DNA of 64,000 nucleotides from an uncultured Bacilli bacterium (GTDB taxonomy: Bacteria > Bacillota_I > Bacilli_A > RF39 > UBA660): assembly GCA_934096275.1 (NCBI GenBank), contig CAKOLK010000001.1, positions 79,876 to 143,875 of the forward strand, in the 5' to 3' direction. The notes beneath the pieces were generated by a model that was given only the letters and a program-made list of their open reading frames with translations, did no database searches and had not been told where the DNA came from. Positions 19,494 through 28,632 of this stretch are shown here, piece by piece. Position 1 is the stretch's first letter, and each line of letters starts with the position of its first letter. The position numbers were made by a program, and so were the translations under genes.

Positions 19494-20549
19494 TTATTCC
19501 TCAGTTTTTAAAACTATTCTTCCTTCGACTTGACCTGGAGTTTTAAAAAGTTCAAATGCTTCTTTTGCTTGTGATAAAGGTAATGTTTTATATAAAATAC
19601 TTGGATCATATTTTAAACTACCATCTGCAAAACAAGAAGCAGTCATAGTCCATTCATCACCTGGAAATGGTTTTGAATAACTCATCCATGAACCAGTTAA
19701 ATTAAATTCTTTTCTATTCATTAATTCCCATTCTTTCCAAGTAAATGTGATATCTTTAGTAGGAGTTCCTATAAAACATATATCAGCTTTATTACTTGCT
19801 AAGTGAAAACTATATTTCATTGTATCAACTACCCCTGCTGTTTCAAAAACATAATCATATCCTTTATTATCAGTCAATTTCATTGCTTCTTCTAAAAAGT
19901 TTTCTTTTGTAGTATTAACAACAGAAGTTGCTCCAAGTTCTAAAGCTAATTTTAATCTTTCATCATCTATTCCAAAAACTACTATGTTTTCGGCGCCAAG
20001 TATTCTTGCCCATTGTAGAGCAAATGATCCAATCGTTCCAAATCCTAATATTGCAACATTTTTTGCTTTTTCTTTATTAAAATCAACTAGTTTATAAGCA
20101 TGTAGCGCTACTGTTGATGGTTCAAATAATGCACCTTGTTCAAAAGAAATACTTTTATCTATTTTAACTAAGTTTTCTTTTGGAACCACTATATATTCAG
20201 CATAAGCACCTGGTTCTCTTGAACCAATAAAACTATAATGTTTGCATAATGAATAATTACCATTTAAGCAATCATCACATTTAAAGCATGGTATTAAAGG
20301 TACACCAGCCACATGATCTCCTACTTCTAAATCGGTAACTCCTTCGCCTATTTCAGTAACTACTCCAGAGAATTCATGACCTAGTATTATAGGAAAATAA
20401 TGAGCAGTACCATTTAAAACACGTGGAACATCTGAACGACAAATTCCACATGCTTTAACGTTTACTTTAACTTTATCTTTTTCTACTTTTAAATCTTCTA
20501 TTTCTTCATATCTTATATCATCTTTACCGTGTAATACTGCTGCTTTCAT
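19494..20549 (-). CDS. Zn-dependent MDR dehydrogenase, GatD-like (galactitol-1-phosphate 5-dehydrogenase family)
   Basis: GICRSD, AHYFPIILGHEFSG, VPLIPCFKCDDCLNGNYSLCKHYSFIGSR and GSWMSYSKPFPGDEW. These closely parallel E. coli GatD as I remember it. Confidence 0.75.
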   Translation of the reverse strand: MKAAVLHGKDDIRYEEIEDLKVEKDKVKVNVKACGICRSDVPRVLNGTAHYFPIILGHEFSGVVTEIGEGVTDLEVGDHVAGVPLIPCFKCDDCLNGNYSLCKHYSFIGSREPGAYAEYIVVPKENLVKIDKSISFEQGALFEPSTVALHAYKLVDFNKEKAKNVAILGFGTIGSFALQWARILGAENIVVFGIDDERLKLALELGATSVVNTTKENFLEEAMKLTDNKGYDYVFETAGVVDTMKYSFHLASNKADICFIGTPTKDITFTWKEWELMNRKEFNLTGSWMSYSKPFPGDEWTMTASCFADGSLKYDPSILYKTLPLSQAKEAFELFKTPGQVEGRIVLKTEE

Positions 20550-20557
20550 AAAACCTC

Positions 20558-21889
20558 CTATTTTACAAAGATACTACTAATCATATAATTATGTTTAGTG
20601 GCATAATTATAGTCTTCTACAAGTAATACAATATTATCTTTTACTAATGCTCTAGGATTATTTTCTAATCTACCATCACGTATTTTAATATATTGTATAG
20701 GTAGATATTGATGAATCATTGATAATGGTATTTTTACTCCTTCTAAGTTTTCAAATAACTTTTCAATAGCATTTACTACATTAGGTCTACTGAAATAATA
20801 TCTACATCTATCAGAAAAACTATATTTTCTAGCTATTTTAATTTCATCTTCTGTACCTTTGTAATATTTAATCCAATCTTTAGGATTATCTACCATTTCT
20901 TTGTCTAATACTTCAATGAAATTAGCTCTTTTGCTTTCATCTTTTATTAATTCTTTTTCAATCATACTAAGTGCAAATAACGCTTCACGAAGTGCAAAAG
21001 TAAGAGCTGGTCCAACTTTTAAGATAGCTATTCCGTCTTCAGCCATTTCTTTTAACTTATCTGGTGTTTGATAATCAGTAGAATGACCTTCGAATACTAA
21101 GTTAGGATAATTTTTTAATTCTGCAACTAAGTATCTAGCTGCTAATCTATCGTAATGATCTATTTCATCATCACCAAATTCAACACCTGGTTGTACTACT
21201 ACTGCGATTACATTTTCCCATTCTTTTCCAAGACCCATTTCTTCAAATACTTTTTTATAAGTATCAACAGTGGATTTGAAATCATGAGGTGAAGTAACTT
21301 CTAAGCCTTCTGAGTCATTTTGAATTCCACCAGGAATTGGAACTTCACTACCAATAACATATACTGGATGTATCGCATTAGGTTTTTCCTTCAATAATTC
21401 TTCATATGCTTCTTCAGCAGCTTTTAACATCAATGCTCCTCTTTTAGCAATTATCTCATCACTTAAACGAACATTTTTATCATCGTCTGCCACTCTCATA
21501 CTAGTATCTAAATGAATTTTAGTGTATCCTGCTAAAACGCATTGTCTTACTAGTTCTATTGAATTTTTCATTGCTTCTTCTTCATTTAAATCTTGCCATG
21601 GTTGAGGTCCTAAATGATCTCCTCCTAAGATAATTTTATTTTTATCAAAACCAATTTTGTCGGCAATTTCATATACAAAGTCTTTGAATTCAGCAGGAAC
21701 CATTCCTAAATAACCACCGAATTGATTAACTTGGTTACTAGTAGATTCGATTAATACTGGATCTTCAAATCTTTTTCCTTGTTCAAGAATTGCTTCAATT
21801 ACAAATTTGTTTGCACTGCAATATGATGGTATTGCACTATTAATATTACATTTTCTTTTTTCAATCATTTCCAATAATGGATTTTTCAT
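20558..21889 (-). CDS. GatZ/KbaZ/AgaZ-family protein (tagatose-bisphosphate aldolase accessory / tagatose-6-P-forming epimerase family)
   Basis: IESTSNQVNQFGGYLGMVPAEF and ILGGDHLGPQPWQ are family hallmarks. Confidence 0.8.
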   Translation of the reverse strand: MKNPLLEMIEKRKCNINSAIPSYCSANKFVIEAILEQGKRFEDPVLIESTSNQVNQFGGYLGMVPAEFKDFVYEIADKIGFDKNKIILGGDHLGPQPWQDLNEEEAMKNSIELVRQCVLAGYTKIHLDTSMRVADDDKNVRLSDEIIAKRGALMLKAAEEAYEELLKEKPNAIHPVYVIGSEVPIPGGIQNDSEGLEVTSPHDFKSTVDTYKKVFEEMGLGKEWENVIAVVVQPGVEFGDDEIDHYDRLAARYLVAELKNYPNLVFEGHSTDYQTPDKLKEMAEDGIAILKVGPALTFALREALFALSMIEKELIKDESKRANFIEVLDKEMVDNPKDWIKYYKGTEDEIKIARKYSFSDRCRYYFSRPNVVNAIEKLFENLEGVKIPLSMIHQYLPIQYIKIRDGRLENNPRALVKDNIVLLVEDYNYATKHNYMISSIFVK

Positions 21890-21890
21890 T

Positions 21891-22655
21891 TTAATTACCT
21901 TCCTTCTTAATTAATTTTTTTATACTTTCTTGCTCTTCTTTAAAGAAATATGTACCAAATAATTCTAAAAACAATTTCATATCTTCAGGATATGTAATTT
22001 TAATATTTAATATACTTGTAGGTATTGCCTTTAATTGCATATCATTTTCTAAAGCAAGTACTCCCGCTGAAGACATATATTCTAAATCTTCATAAGGTGT
22101 ATTAGCATATATACTATATATCTTGCCAAATTTAAATCCTTCTGGTGAAGCACCCACTACTACTTTCTTTTTAGGTATTTCACTTTCTATAAAGTTAGTA
22201 GCTTCATCTTGTAAATATACTGTATCGTATTCACAAGAAACAAGTGATGCTGCATCATAAAGGTCAATTGCTTCAACTACTTTTTCAGTACCTTCATAAT
22301 CAAAATATGGATGCGTTGCATCATGAATTAAAACAATATCATTATCGTTTGCATATTCTTTTACACATTTTAAACCATTAAATACTGATTCGGAACGTGA
22401 AGAGCCTCCCACTACTACGTTGTAAACTTTGTTAGCATTAATTTTTTCTACCCATTCCTTTGTGTAATCAACAAAATCACCATTTGTAACAATGACAATT
22501 TTATCAATAATGTTACTATCATTAATTTTCTTTAATAGGTAAGCAAATATTGGAACATCATCAATTAATGTGAACTGTTTTGGAATATCTGCTCCAAAGC
22601 GTGTTCCACTGCCACCCATTGTTAATATTACTGTGTTCATATTACCTCCATACAC
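21891..22655 (-). CDS. IspD/TarI-family alditol-phosphate cytidylyltransferase
   Basis: GGSGTRFGADIPKQF glycine-rich loop. About 250 aa. First gene of the minus-strand operon. Confidence 0.8.
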   Translation of the reverse strand: MYGGNMNTVILTMGGSGTRFGADIPKQFTLIDDVPIFAYLLKKINDSNIIDKIVIVTNGDFVDYTKEWVEKINANKVYNVVVGGSSRSESVFNGLKCVKEYANDNDIVLIHDATHPYFDYEGTEKVVEAIDLYDAASLVSCEYDTVYLQDEATNFIESEIPKKKVVVGASPEGFKFGKIYSIYANTPYEDLEYMSSAGVLALENDMQLKAIPTSILNIKITYPEDMKLFLELFGTYFFKEEQESIKKLIKKEGN

Positions 22656-22727
22656 TTACATTCTAGCACTAAAACATTGCTATTGCAACATTTTAAGGGT
22701 GTTTTGACACCTTTTTACTTATAAATG

Positions 22728-22756
22728 TTGAACTTTTGACTTATTTACTCTATAAT
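22728..22756 (+). promoter_or_regulatory. sigma-A type promoter for the TagF-like genes
   Basis: TTGAAC, 17 nt spacer, TATAAT. The -10 element ends about 30 nt upstream of the 22785 start, in the divergent intergenic region. Confidence 0.5.
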
Positions 22757-22784
22757 TATTTATATACAATTAAAGAAAGAGGTA

Positions 22785-24458
22785 ATGAAGATGAATGAAG
22801 TAACAATAACAAATATATTCTGGAGAAGAACGTATTTATTTATAGAATTTGAAAGTAATAAAGATGTTGAATTATCAATTGTACAAACTAGAAAGAATAA
22901 AAAAACTGAAGAATTAGAAATTAAAAATCAACATGTTTTGGAAACAAAAAAGTTGGAAAATAATAAATATAGATCGAAAATAAACATAACAATTGCAGAA
23001 GGAAGACAACTTTTAGATCGAGGAAAATGGACTTTTATATATGATAACAATCTAGAGAATGTTCCTAAGATATCTGATGATATATTATTTCATATTGAAG
23101 AATTTTCTAAGGCATTCCCATATACTGGAAAGTTTTATGCTTATGTATTATTTTTTAATATATGTAAAAAAATTGATCAAGAAAATATGATTGAGTCATA
23201 TTCCTTATCTATGCATTCTTTATATTATAGAAAAAACTTTAATCCTTATAAAAGACAATGGTCTGAAGTTAGAAACGCTAGATCACTTAAAAGTTTTATT
23301 CATAAAGTATCAATAAGATTGGCAAAAAAACTACTTAATGCTTATTACCAAGTTATATCAAGAATATTACCAAAAAATGGTAAAAGAATATTGTTTATGT
23401 CTGAAAACAGAGAATATATAATGGATAACTTAAAAGCAATTGATACAAGAATGAAAGAAAGAGGATTAGATAAAGAATATAAAATAAGTTATAGTTTTAG
23501 AAATATATTTAAATCTAAAATGCAAAATCCATTATCTTGGTTTGTCACAATTACAAAGATCGCAAAACAAGATTACATATTTGTAGATGATTATGTACCA
23601 GTGTTCTCATTTTTAAACTTAAATAAAAAAACTACTCTTACTCAAGTATGGCATGCCGGGTTTGGATTTAAGCTTGTGGGCTTTGGAAGATTTGGAATAG
23701 ATGGTTCCCCTCACCCAGTTGAATCTTGTCACAGAAAATACACATATGGCTTAGTAGGAAATAACAATTTAAAAGAAATATATTCTGAAGTTTGGGGTAT
23801 TGAAAAAGAATCACTTCTTGCAACTGGAATGCCTAGACTTGAGCATTTCCTAGATAAAGATGTTCAAGATAAAGCAAAAGAAAAATTATATAGTGATCAT
23901 CCTGAATTTAAGGGTAAAAAAATTATTAATTTTGCTCCAACATATAGAGGTAGTAATCAATATAATGCATATTATGATTATTCAAAACTAGATTTTGATA
24001 GATTGTCTGATTTCTGTAAGAAAAATAATGCAATAATATTATTTTCTAGACATCATTTCTTAACTGAAGAATTACCTTTAACTGAAGAAAACAAAAAATA
24101 TATATTTGATATATCTAATTATAGTCTTAATGATACTTTTTATATAACAGATATATTAGTGACTGATTATTCGTCTTGTTTCTATGATTTCTTACTTCTT
24201 AAAAGACCTGTTATCTTCTATACATATGATTTAGCAACATACTCTGCTACAAGAGGAGTTCATAGACCTGTTAAAAAAGTTGCACCTGGACCAATTTGTG
24301 AAACTTTTGATGAATTACTAAATGAATTAGAAAAAGCAAATGATAATAACTTTGAAATTAAAGACTTCCTAATTGATAAATGTGTATCAAATGATCAATT
24401 AGCAAGCGATAAAGTAATTGATTATATTATATTACATAAGGATGTTAATGACCTATGA
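22785..24458 (+). CDS. CDP-alditol:poly(alditol phosphate) phosphotransferase (TagF/TarL family)
   Basis: VWHAGFGFK and FAPTYRG motifs. C-terminal TDYSSCFYDF block. Confidence 0.8.
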   Translation: MKMNEVTITNIFWRRTYLFIEFESNKDVELSIVQTRKNKKTEELEIKNQHVLETKKLENNKYRSKINITIAEGRQLLDRGKWTFIYDNNLENVPKISDDILFHIEEFSKAFPYTGKFYAYVLFFNICKKIDQENMIESYSLSMHSLYYRKNFNPYKRQWSEVRNARSLKSFIHKVSIRLAKKLLNAYYQVISRILPKNGKRILFMSENREYIMDNLKAIDTRMKERGLDKEYKISYSFRNIFKSKMQNPLSWFVTITKIAKQDYIFVDDYVPVFSFLNLNKKTTLTQVWHAGFGFKLVGFGRFGIDGSPHPVESCHRKYTYGLVGNNNLKEIYSEVWGIEKESLLATGMPRLEHFLDKDVQDKAKEKLYSDHPEFKGKKIINFAPTYRGSNQYNAYYDYSKLDFDRLSDFCKKNNAIILFSRHHFLTEELPLTEENKKYIFDISNYSLNDTFYITDILVTDYSSCFYDFLLLKRPVIFYTYDLATYSATRGVHRPVKKVAPGPICETFDELLNELEKANDNNFEIKDFLIDKCVSNDQLASDKVIDYIILHKDVNDL

Positions 24459-25579
24459 AAATAAAAATATTTATAATAAAGATTGGAATATTCTTTTTAA
24501 ACGTAATTTATTCTTTCTTCAAGTTATTTAAAACACAAAATAAGATAACTTTTATAAGTAGACAAAGTAATTCTATAACATTAGATTATAAAGTCTTATC
24601 TAATAAAATAAATGAAGAAATGAGTGATTATAAAACTATAATACTTTGTAAAAAGTTAGAGAATAAACTAAGTTATATATTTCATATGTTTAGGCAAATG
24701 TATCATATTGCAACATCAAAAGTAGTTATTTTAGATTCTTATTGTATTGCTATAAGTATTTTAAAACATAAAAAAAGCTTAAAAGTAATTCAAATATGGC
24801 ATGCAGTGGGTTCTATGAAAAAGTTTGGTTATGCAATGATTGATAAAAAAGAAGGTACTAAAAGAGAAATAGCACAAGTTATGAGAATGCATAAAAACTA
24901 TGACTATGTTTTGATTTCTTCGATGAATTATGTTAAGGATTTTATTGAAGGGTTTAATATTAGTAAGGATATAATTAAAGAAATACCTCTTCCTAGAGTT
25001 GATTTATTAATAGATGAAGAATATAAGAATAAAAAGCGTGAAGAGTTATATAAAAAAATACCAGAGTTAAAAGATAAGAAAAATATTTTATATTGTAGTA
25101 CTTTTAGAAAAGAAGAAAATGATAATAAACATGTCTATGACTTAATAGATTGCATTGACTTTTCTAAGTATAACCTGCTTTATCAACCACATCCATTAAG
25201 TAAAGAAAAGTTTGATGATAAAAGAATAATAAAAGATTTTAATAGTACTTTTGATGCTCTTTTTGTTGCAGATTATGTTATATCAGACTATTCTAGTATA
25301 ATATATGAAGCAGGATTACTTAATCTTCCTGTATACATTTATGCTTATGATTGGGATTTATATAAGACAAAAAGAGAGATCAACTATGATATAGAGCATG
25401 ATACTCCAACTATATTTACGAAGGATCCAAAAATTATTATAGATGCTATAGAAAATAATAACTTTGATTTTAAAAAGTTTAAAGAATTTATAAATAAAAA
25501 TGTTACTATTCCTAAGAATGGATGTTGTAATAGTACAGTAGAATTAATAAAAGAAATTGTAAATTACAAAGAAAAATAA
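24455..25579 (+). CDS. TagB/TagF-family glycerophosphotransferase-like primase/polymerase
   Basis: QIWHAVGSMKKFG, CSTFRKE and SDYSSIIYEAG. ATGA overlap with the upstream gene. Confidence 0.75.
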   Translation: MKIKIFIIKIGIFFLNVIYSFFKLFKTQNKITFISRQSNSITLDYKVLSNKINEEMSDYKTIILCKKLENKLSYIFHMFRQMYHIATSKVVILDSYCIAISILKHKKSLKVIQIWHAVGSMKKFGYAMIDKKEGTKREIAQVMRMHKNYDYVLISSMNYVKDFIEGFNISKDIIKEIPLPRVDLLIDEEYKNKKREELYKKIPELKDKKNILYCSTFRKEENDNKHVYDLIDCIDFSKYNLLYQPHPLSKEKFDDKRIIKDFNSTFDALFVADYVISDYSSIIYEAGLLNLPVYIYAYDWDLYKTKREINYDIEHDTPTIFTKDPKIIIDAIENNNFDFKKFKEFINKNVTIPKNGCCNSTVELIKEIVNYKEK

Positions 25580-25598
25580 GTAAGTTTTTAAAGCTCAC

Positions 25599-26723
25599 TT
25601 ATTTTTTTATATTTTCTTTTTTTAATGTTTTATTTTTATCTAACACATTTACTTTATCATTTTGTTTCTTTTTAGCATTTTCTAATTTTAAATATGATTT
25701 TTTGATCCTAAAGTTATAATCAATCAAATCACTATCCCATCTAGAATATTTAGGATCGTTTTTGTGATTAGGTAGTTTATAATTATTATTTAAGTATTCT
25801 CCAATATAATTTGTCATTTTATTAGCACCAAATATATTTGAATGAACTCCATCAATTGAATCAGTAGACCAATCATATCCTATATCTATAGTATTAAAGT
25901 CAATAAATGGTCTATTTACGCTTGATGCATATTCTGATACATATAAACTATTTTCATGATTCCATTTCTTTGAATCGATCATTCCAACATATACAATATC
26001 AAAATCATATTCTTTTGCTAAATCTTCAATTTTGTATAAGTATTTTAATGTTTTTTCATTTATACCTTTTTTATTTTTAGTTTTATTCATGTATCCGGAT
26101 GCAGAATCAGTAAAGTTCTTCCAACGATCTGCATATACATATCCCCTAGTCATAAATTTGTATTCTTTATTTAATTTATCGAAATCACCAAAATTTAAAT
26201 TTTTCCAGCGATCATGATATCTAAAAATTGGAAATATATATGATAGTACTTCAAATTCATCTGATACCATTTCTTTATCACTAAGAGCTTTTATCTTTGA
26301 ATAACTAAATGGCATATTATCAAGAGATTTTCTTCTGTTACCTTCATTTTCAACATCTTGATATAATAATGTAGCACAATCAATAAAAACTACTTTAGGC
26401 TTTTGATATTCCAAAGCACTACTAAGGGAATAATAAATATTCCAAGCACGAGCTGAAGCATTACCAAGAGTATATGAAGTAATTCCATACTTATCATACA
26501 AAGTCATTGGAGTAACACCTCTATACATGTTACTAGAACCCACAAATAAAACATCTAAAGTATTTTTCTTTTCACTGTAAAACCCTTTAGTTATATAAGT
26601 TTGACCTTCTTGTTTATCAATTTTCCAATTCGGTATAAAAATATTTGAAGTAAACAATAAAAGTAGAATAAATACTGTCATAAAAACCAAAAACTTAATT
26701 AAATTAAAAACTGTTTGCTTCAT
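25599..26723 (-). CDS. membrane-anchored DltD/DHHW-like SGNH-fold protein (candidate acyl-transfer partner)
   Basis: N-terminal TM, GSSNMY block, YHDRW motif and DGVHSN block. The assignment is by pattern only. Confidence 0.4.
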   Translation of the reverse strand: MKQTVFNLIKFLVFMTVFILLLLFTSNIFIPNWKIDKQEGQTYITKGFYSEKKNTLDVLFVGSSNMYRGVTPMTLYDKYGITSYTLGNASARAWNIYYSLSSALEYQKPKVVFIDCATLLYQDVENEGNRRKSLDNMPFSYSKIKALSDKEMVSDEFEVLSYIFPIFRYHDRWKNLNFGDFDKLNKEYKFMTRGYVYADRWKNFTDSASGYMNKTKNKKGINEKTLKYLYKIEDLAKEYDFDIVYVGMIDSKKWNHENSLYVSEYASSVNRPFIDFNTIDIGYDWSTDSIDGVHSNIFGANKMTNYIGEYLNNNYKLPNHKNDPKYSRWDSDLIDYNFRIKKSYLKLENAKKKQNDKVNVLDKNKTLKKENIKK

Positions 26724-26728
26724 AATAA

Positions 26729-26944
26729 TTATTCCTCAACTTTAAAATCTTCAATACTATCATTATTAACTACTTTATTTATTGTCTCATTAGCACTTTC
26801 TAATATCTTATTACAATCATTAGCAAGCAACATTGCCTCATTAAACTTAGCAATAGCATCATTAAGAGGAACTCCTCCACTTTCCAATTCCTTAACAATA
26901 CTTTCTAATTTCTCTAACTTCTCTTCAAAACTTAATTCTTTCAT
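26729..26944 (-). CDS. xseB: exodeoxyribonuclease VII small subunit
   Basis: 71 aa. FEEKLEKLESIVKELESG pattern. Overlaps the xseA stop. Confidence 0.9.
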   Translation of the reverse strand: MKELSFEEKLEKLESIVKELESGGVPLNDAIAKFNEAMLLANDCNKILESANETINKVVNNDSIEDFKVEE

Positions 26945-28143
26945 ATACTCTCCTCCACTTTCACTACTTTAGAGGTAATAACACCATCCACTAAATCAGT
27001 AGTAATTATATCATTTTCAACCACACTATTTATACTAGTAATAACTTTATCCTTACTTTTTGTAATAGAATAACCCCTTTTAATAGTATTAATAGGATTT
27101 AAAGCATCCAATTTATTTAATATATTTATAAATCTATTGTTCTTATCATTAAGATTCCTTTTTATATAAATATTTAACTTATCTACTAAATTATCTAGTT
27201 TTTGAGATTTAATTTCATACATATTCTTAGGATTTTTTAATACATAAGAGTTAATAAGACTATTAAGCCTACTCTTTTTAGTATCAATTATATTTTCCAT
27301 AGATTTACTAGCTCTAATTTCTAATTGTTTTATATAATTAATTAAATCTATTGTATTAGGAACAGATAACTCTGCTGCTGCGGTTGGTGTTGGCGCTCTT
27401 AAATCACTAACAAAGTCACTAATAGTAAAATCTATTTCATGACCAACTGCACTAATTATTGGAGTATTACTTTTAAATATTGCATCTGCTACTACTTCTT
27501 CATTAAAGGCCCATAAGTCTTCGATTGAACCTCCACCACGTCCCAAAATAATAAGGTCTAAATCATAGTTATTAGCGTGTTTTAAGTTTCTAACTATATC
27601 GTCTTTAGCATTTTCTCCTTGTACTAATGATGGAAATATATAAAGTTCTACTAATTTATATCTACGATTAATCGTAGTAATTATATCCCTTATTGCTGCA
27701 CCAGTCGGAGCAGTAATAATACCAATTCTTTTAGGAAACTTAGGTATTGGTTTTTTATACATATCATCAAAATAACCTTTGTCTCCTAGTTTTTTCTTTA
27801 ATTTTTCAAACTCTAAATAAAGATTACCTACTCCATCTTCAAGCATTTCTTCAACATATATTTGATAATTACCACTTGCTTCATAACAACTAATTCTACC
27901 TACTACTAAAACCTTAGAACCATCAACAGGTTTAAAATTAATTTTTGAAGCATTACCTCTAAACATAACAGCAAGTATTCTTGAAGACTCATCTTTAATA
28001 GTAAAATATAAGTGTCCTGATGAATGATTCTTAAAATTAGATATTTCCCCTTTTAAATAAACAACACTTAAATTAGAATCATTATCCATCTTATATTTAA
28101 TATATTTATTAATTTGAGTAACAGTTAAATACTTATCATTCAT
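26941..28143 (-). CDS. xseA: exodeoxyribonuclease VII large subunit
   Basis: 400 aa. OB-fold N-terminus and the GRGGGS, GHEIDFTISDFVSD motifs. Confidence 0.93.
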   Translation of the reverse strand: MNDKYLTVTQINKYIKYKMDNDSNLSVVYLKGEISNFKNHSSGHLYFTIKDESSRILAVMFRGNASKINFKPVDGSKVLVVGRISCYEASGNYQIYVEEMLEDGVGNLYLEFEKLKKKLGDKGYFDDMYKKPIPKFPKRIGIITAPTGAAIRDIITTINRRYKLVELYIFPSLVQGENAKDDIVRNLKHANNYDLDLIILGRGGGSIEDLWAFNEEVVADAIFKSNTPIISAVGHEIDFTISDFVSDLRAPTPTAAAELSVPNTIDLINYIKQLEIRASKSMENIIDTKKSRLNSLINSYVLKNPKNMYEIKSQKLDNLVDKLNIYIKRNLNDKNNRFINILNKLDALNPINTIKRGYSITKSKDKVITSINSVVENDIITTDLVDGVITSKVVKVEESI

Positions 28144-28543
28144 GTTCTATTTCTCCATGAAGAACACTATCTAAAACACCATTAATCATTTTTATTACCT
28201 TATCATCAGAATACTTCTTAGCAAGCTCTACTGCTTCATTGATACAAACAATATTCGGAGTATCTGTATACATAAGCTCATATATACCAAGACATATAAT
28301 GGCTTTATCCACCTTACCTAATCTATCAATAGTCCAATCTTTTAAATACTTATTAGCAAGACTTACTAATTCATCATTTTTAGATATTATTCCTTTTACA
28401 GTACCATTTACAAAATCATTTGATTCTTCAAGTTGTTCTTTAATCAAACTATCTATATCATATGAAATATTACCATTTTCATAAATATAGATTTGATATA
28501 GCACTTTAATAATAATTTCCCTTAATTCACTACGATTTTTCAT
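28136..28543 (-). CDS. nusB: transcription antitermination factor NusB
   Basis: I place the start at MKNRSELREI (28543) after a GGAGGAAG RBS. The ORF-track N-terminal extension is hydrophobic junk. Confidence 0.88.
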   Translation of the reverse strand: MKNRSELREIIIKVLYQIYIYENGNISYDIDSLIKEQLEESNDFVNGTVKGIISKNDELVSLANKYLKDWTIDRLGKVDKAIICLGIYELMYTDTPNIVCINEAVELAKKYSDDKVIKMINGVLDSVLHGEIEHE

Positions 28544-28632
28544 AAAACTTCCTCCATGTATAATTATATATAAAAAAATGAATAAAGTAAACAAAAAACA
28601 TAAAAGAAGATCTTCCAAATCTTCTTTTAACA

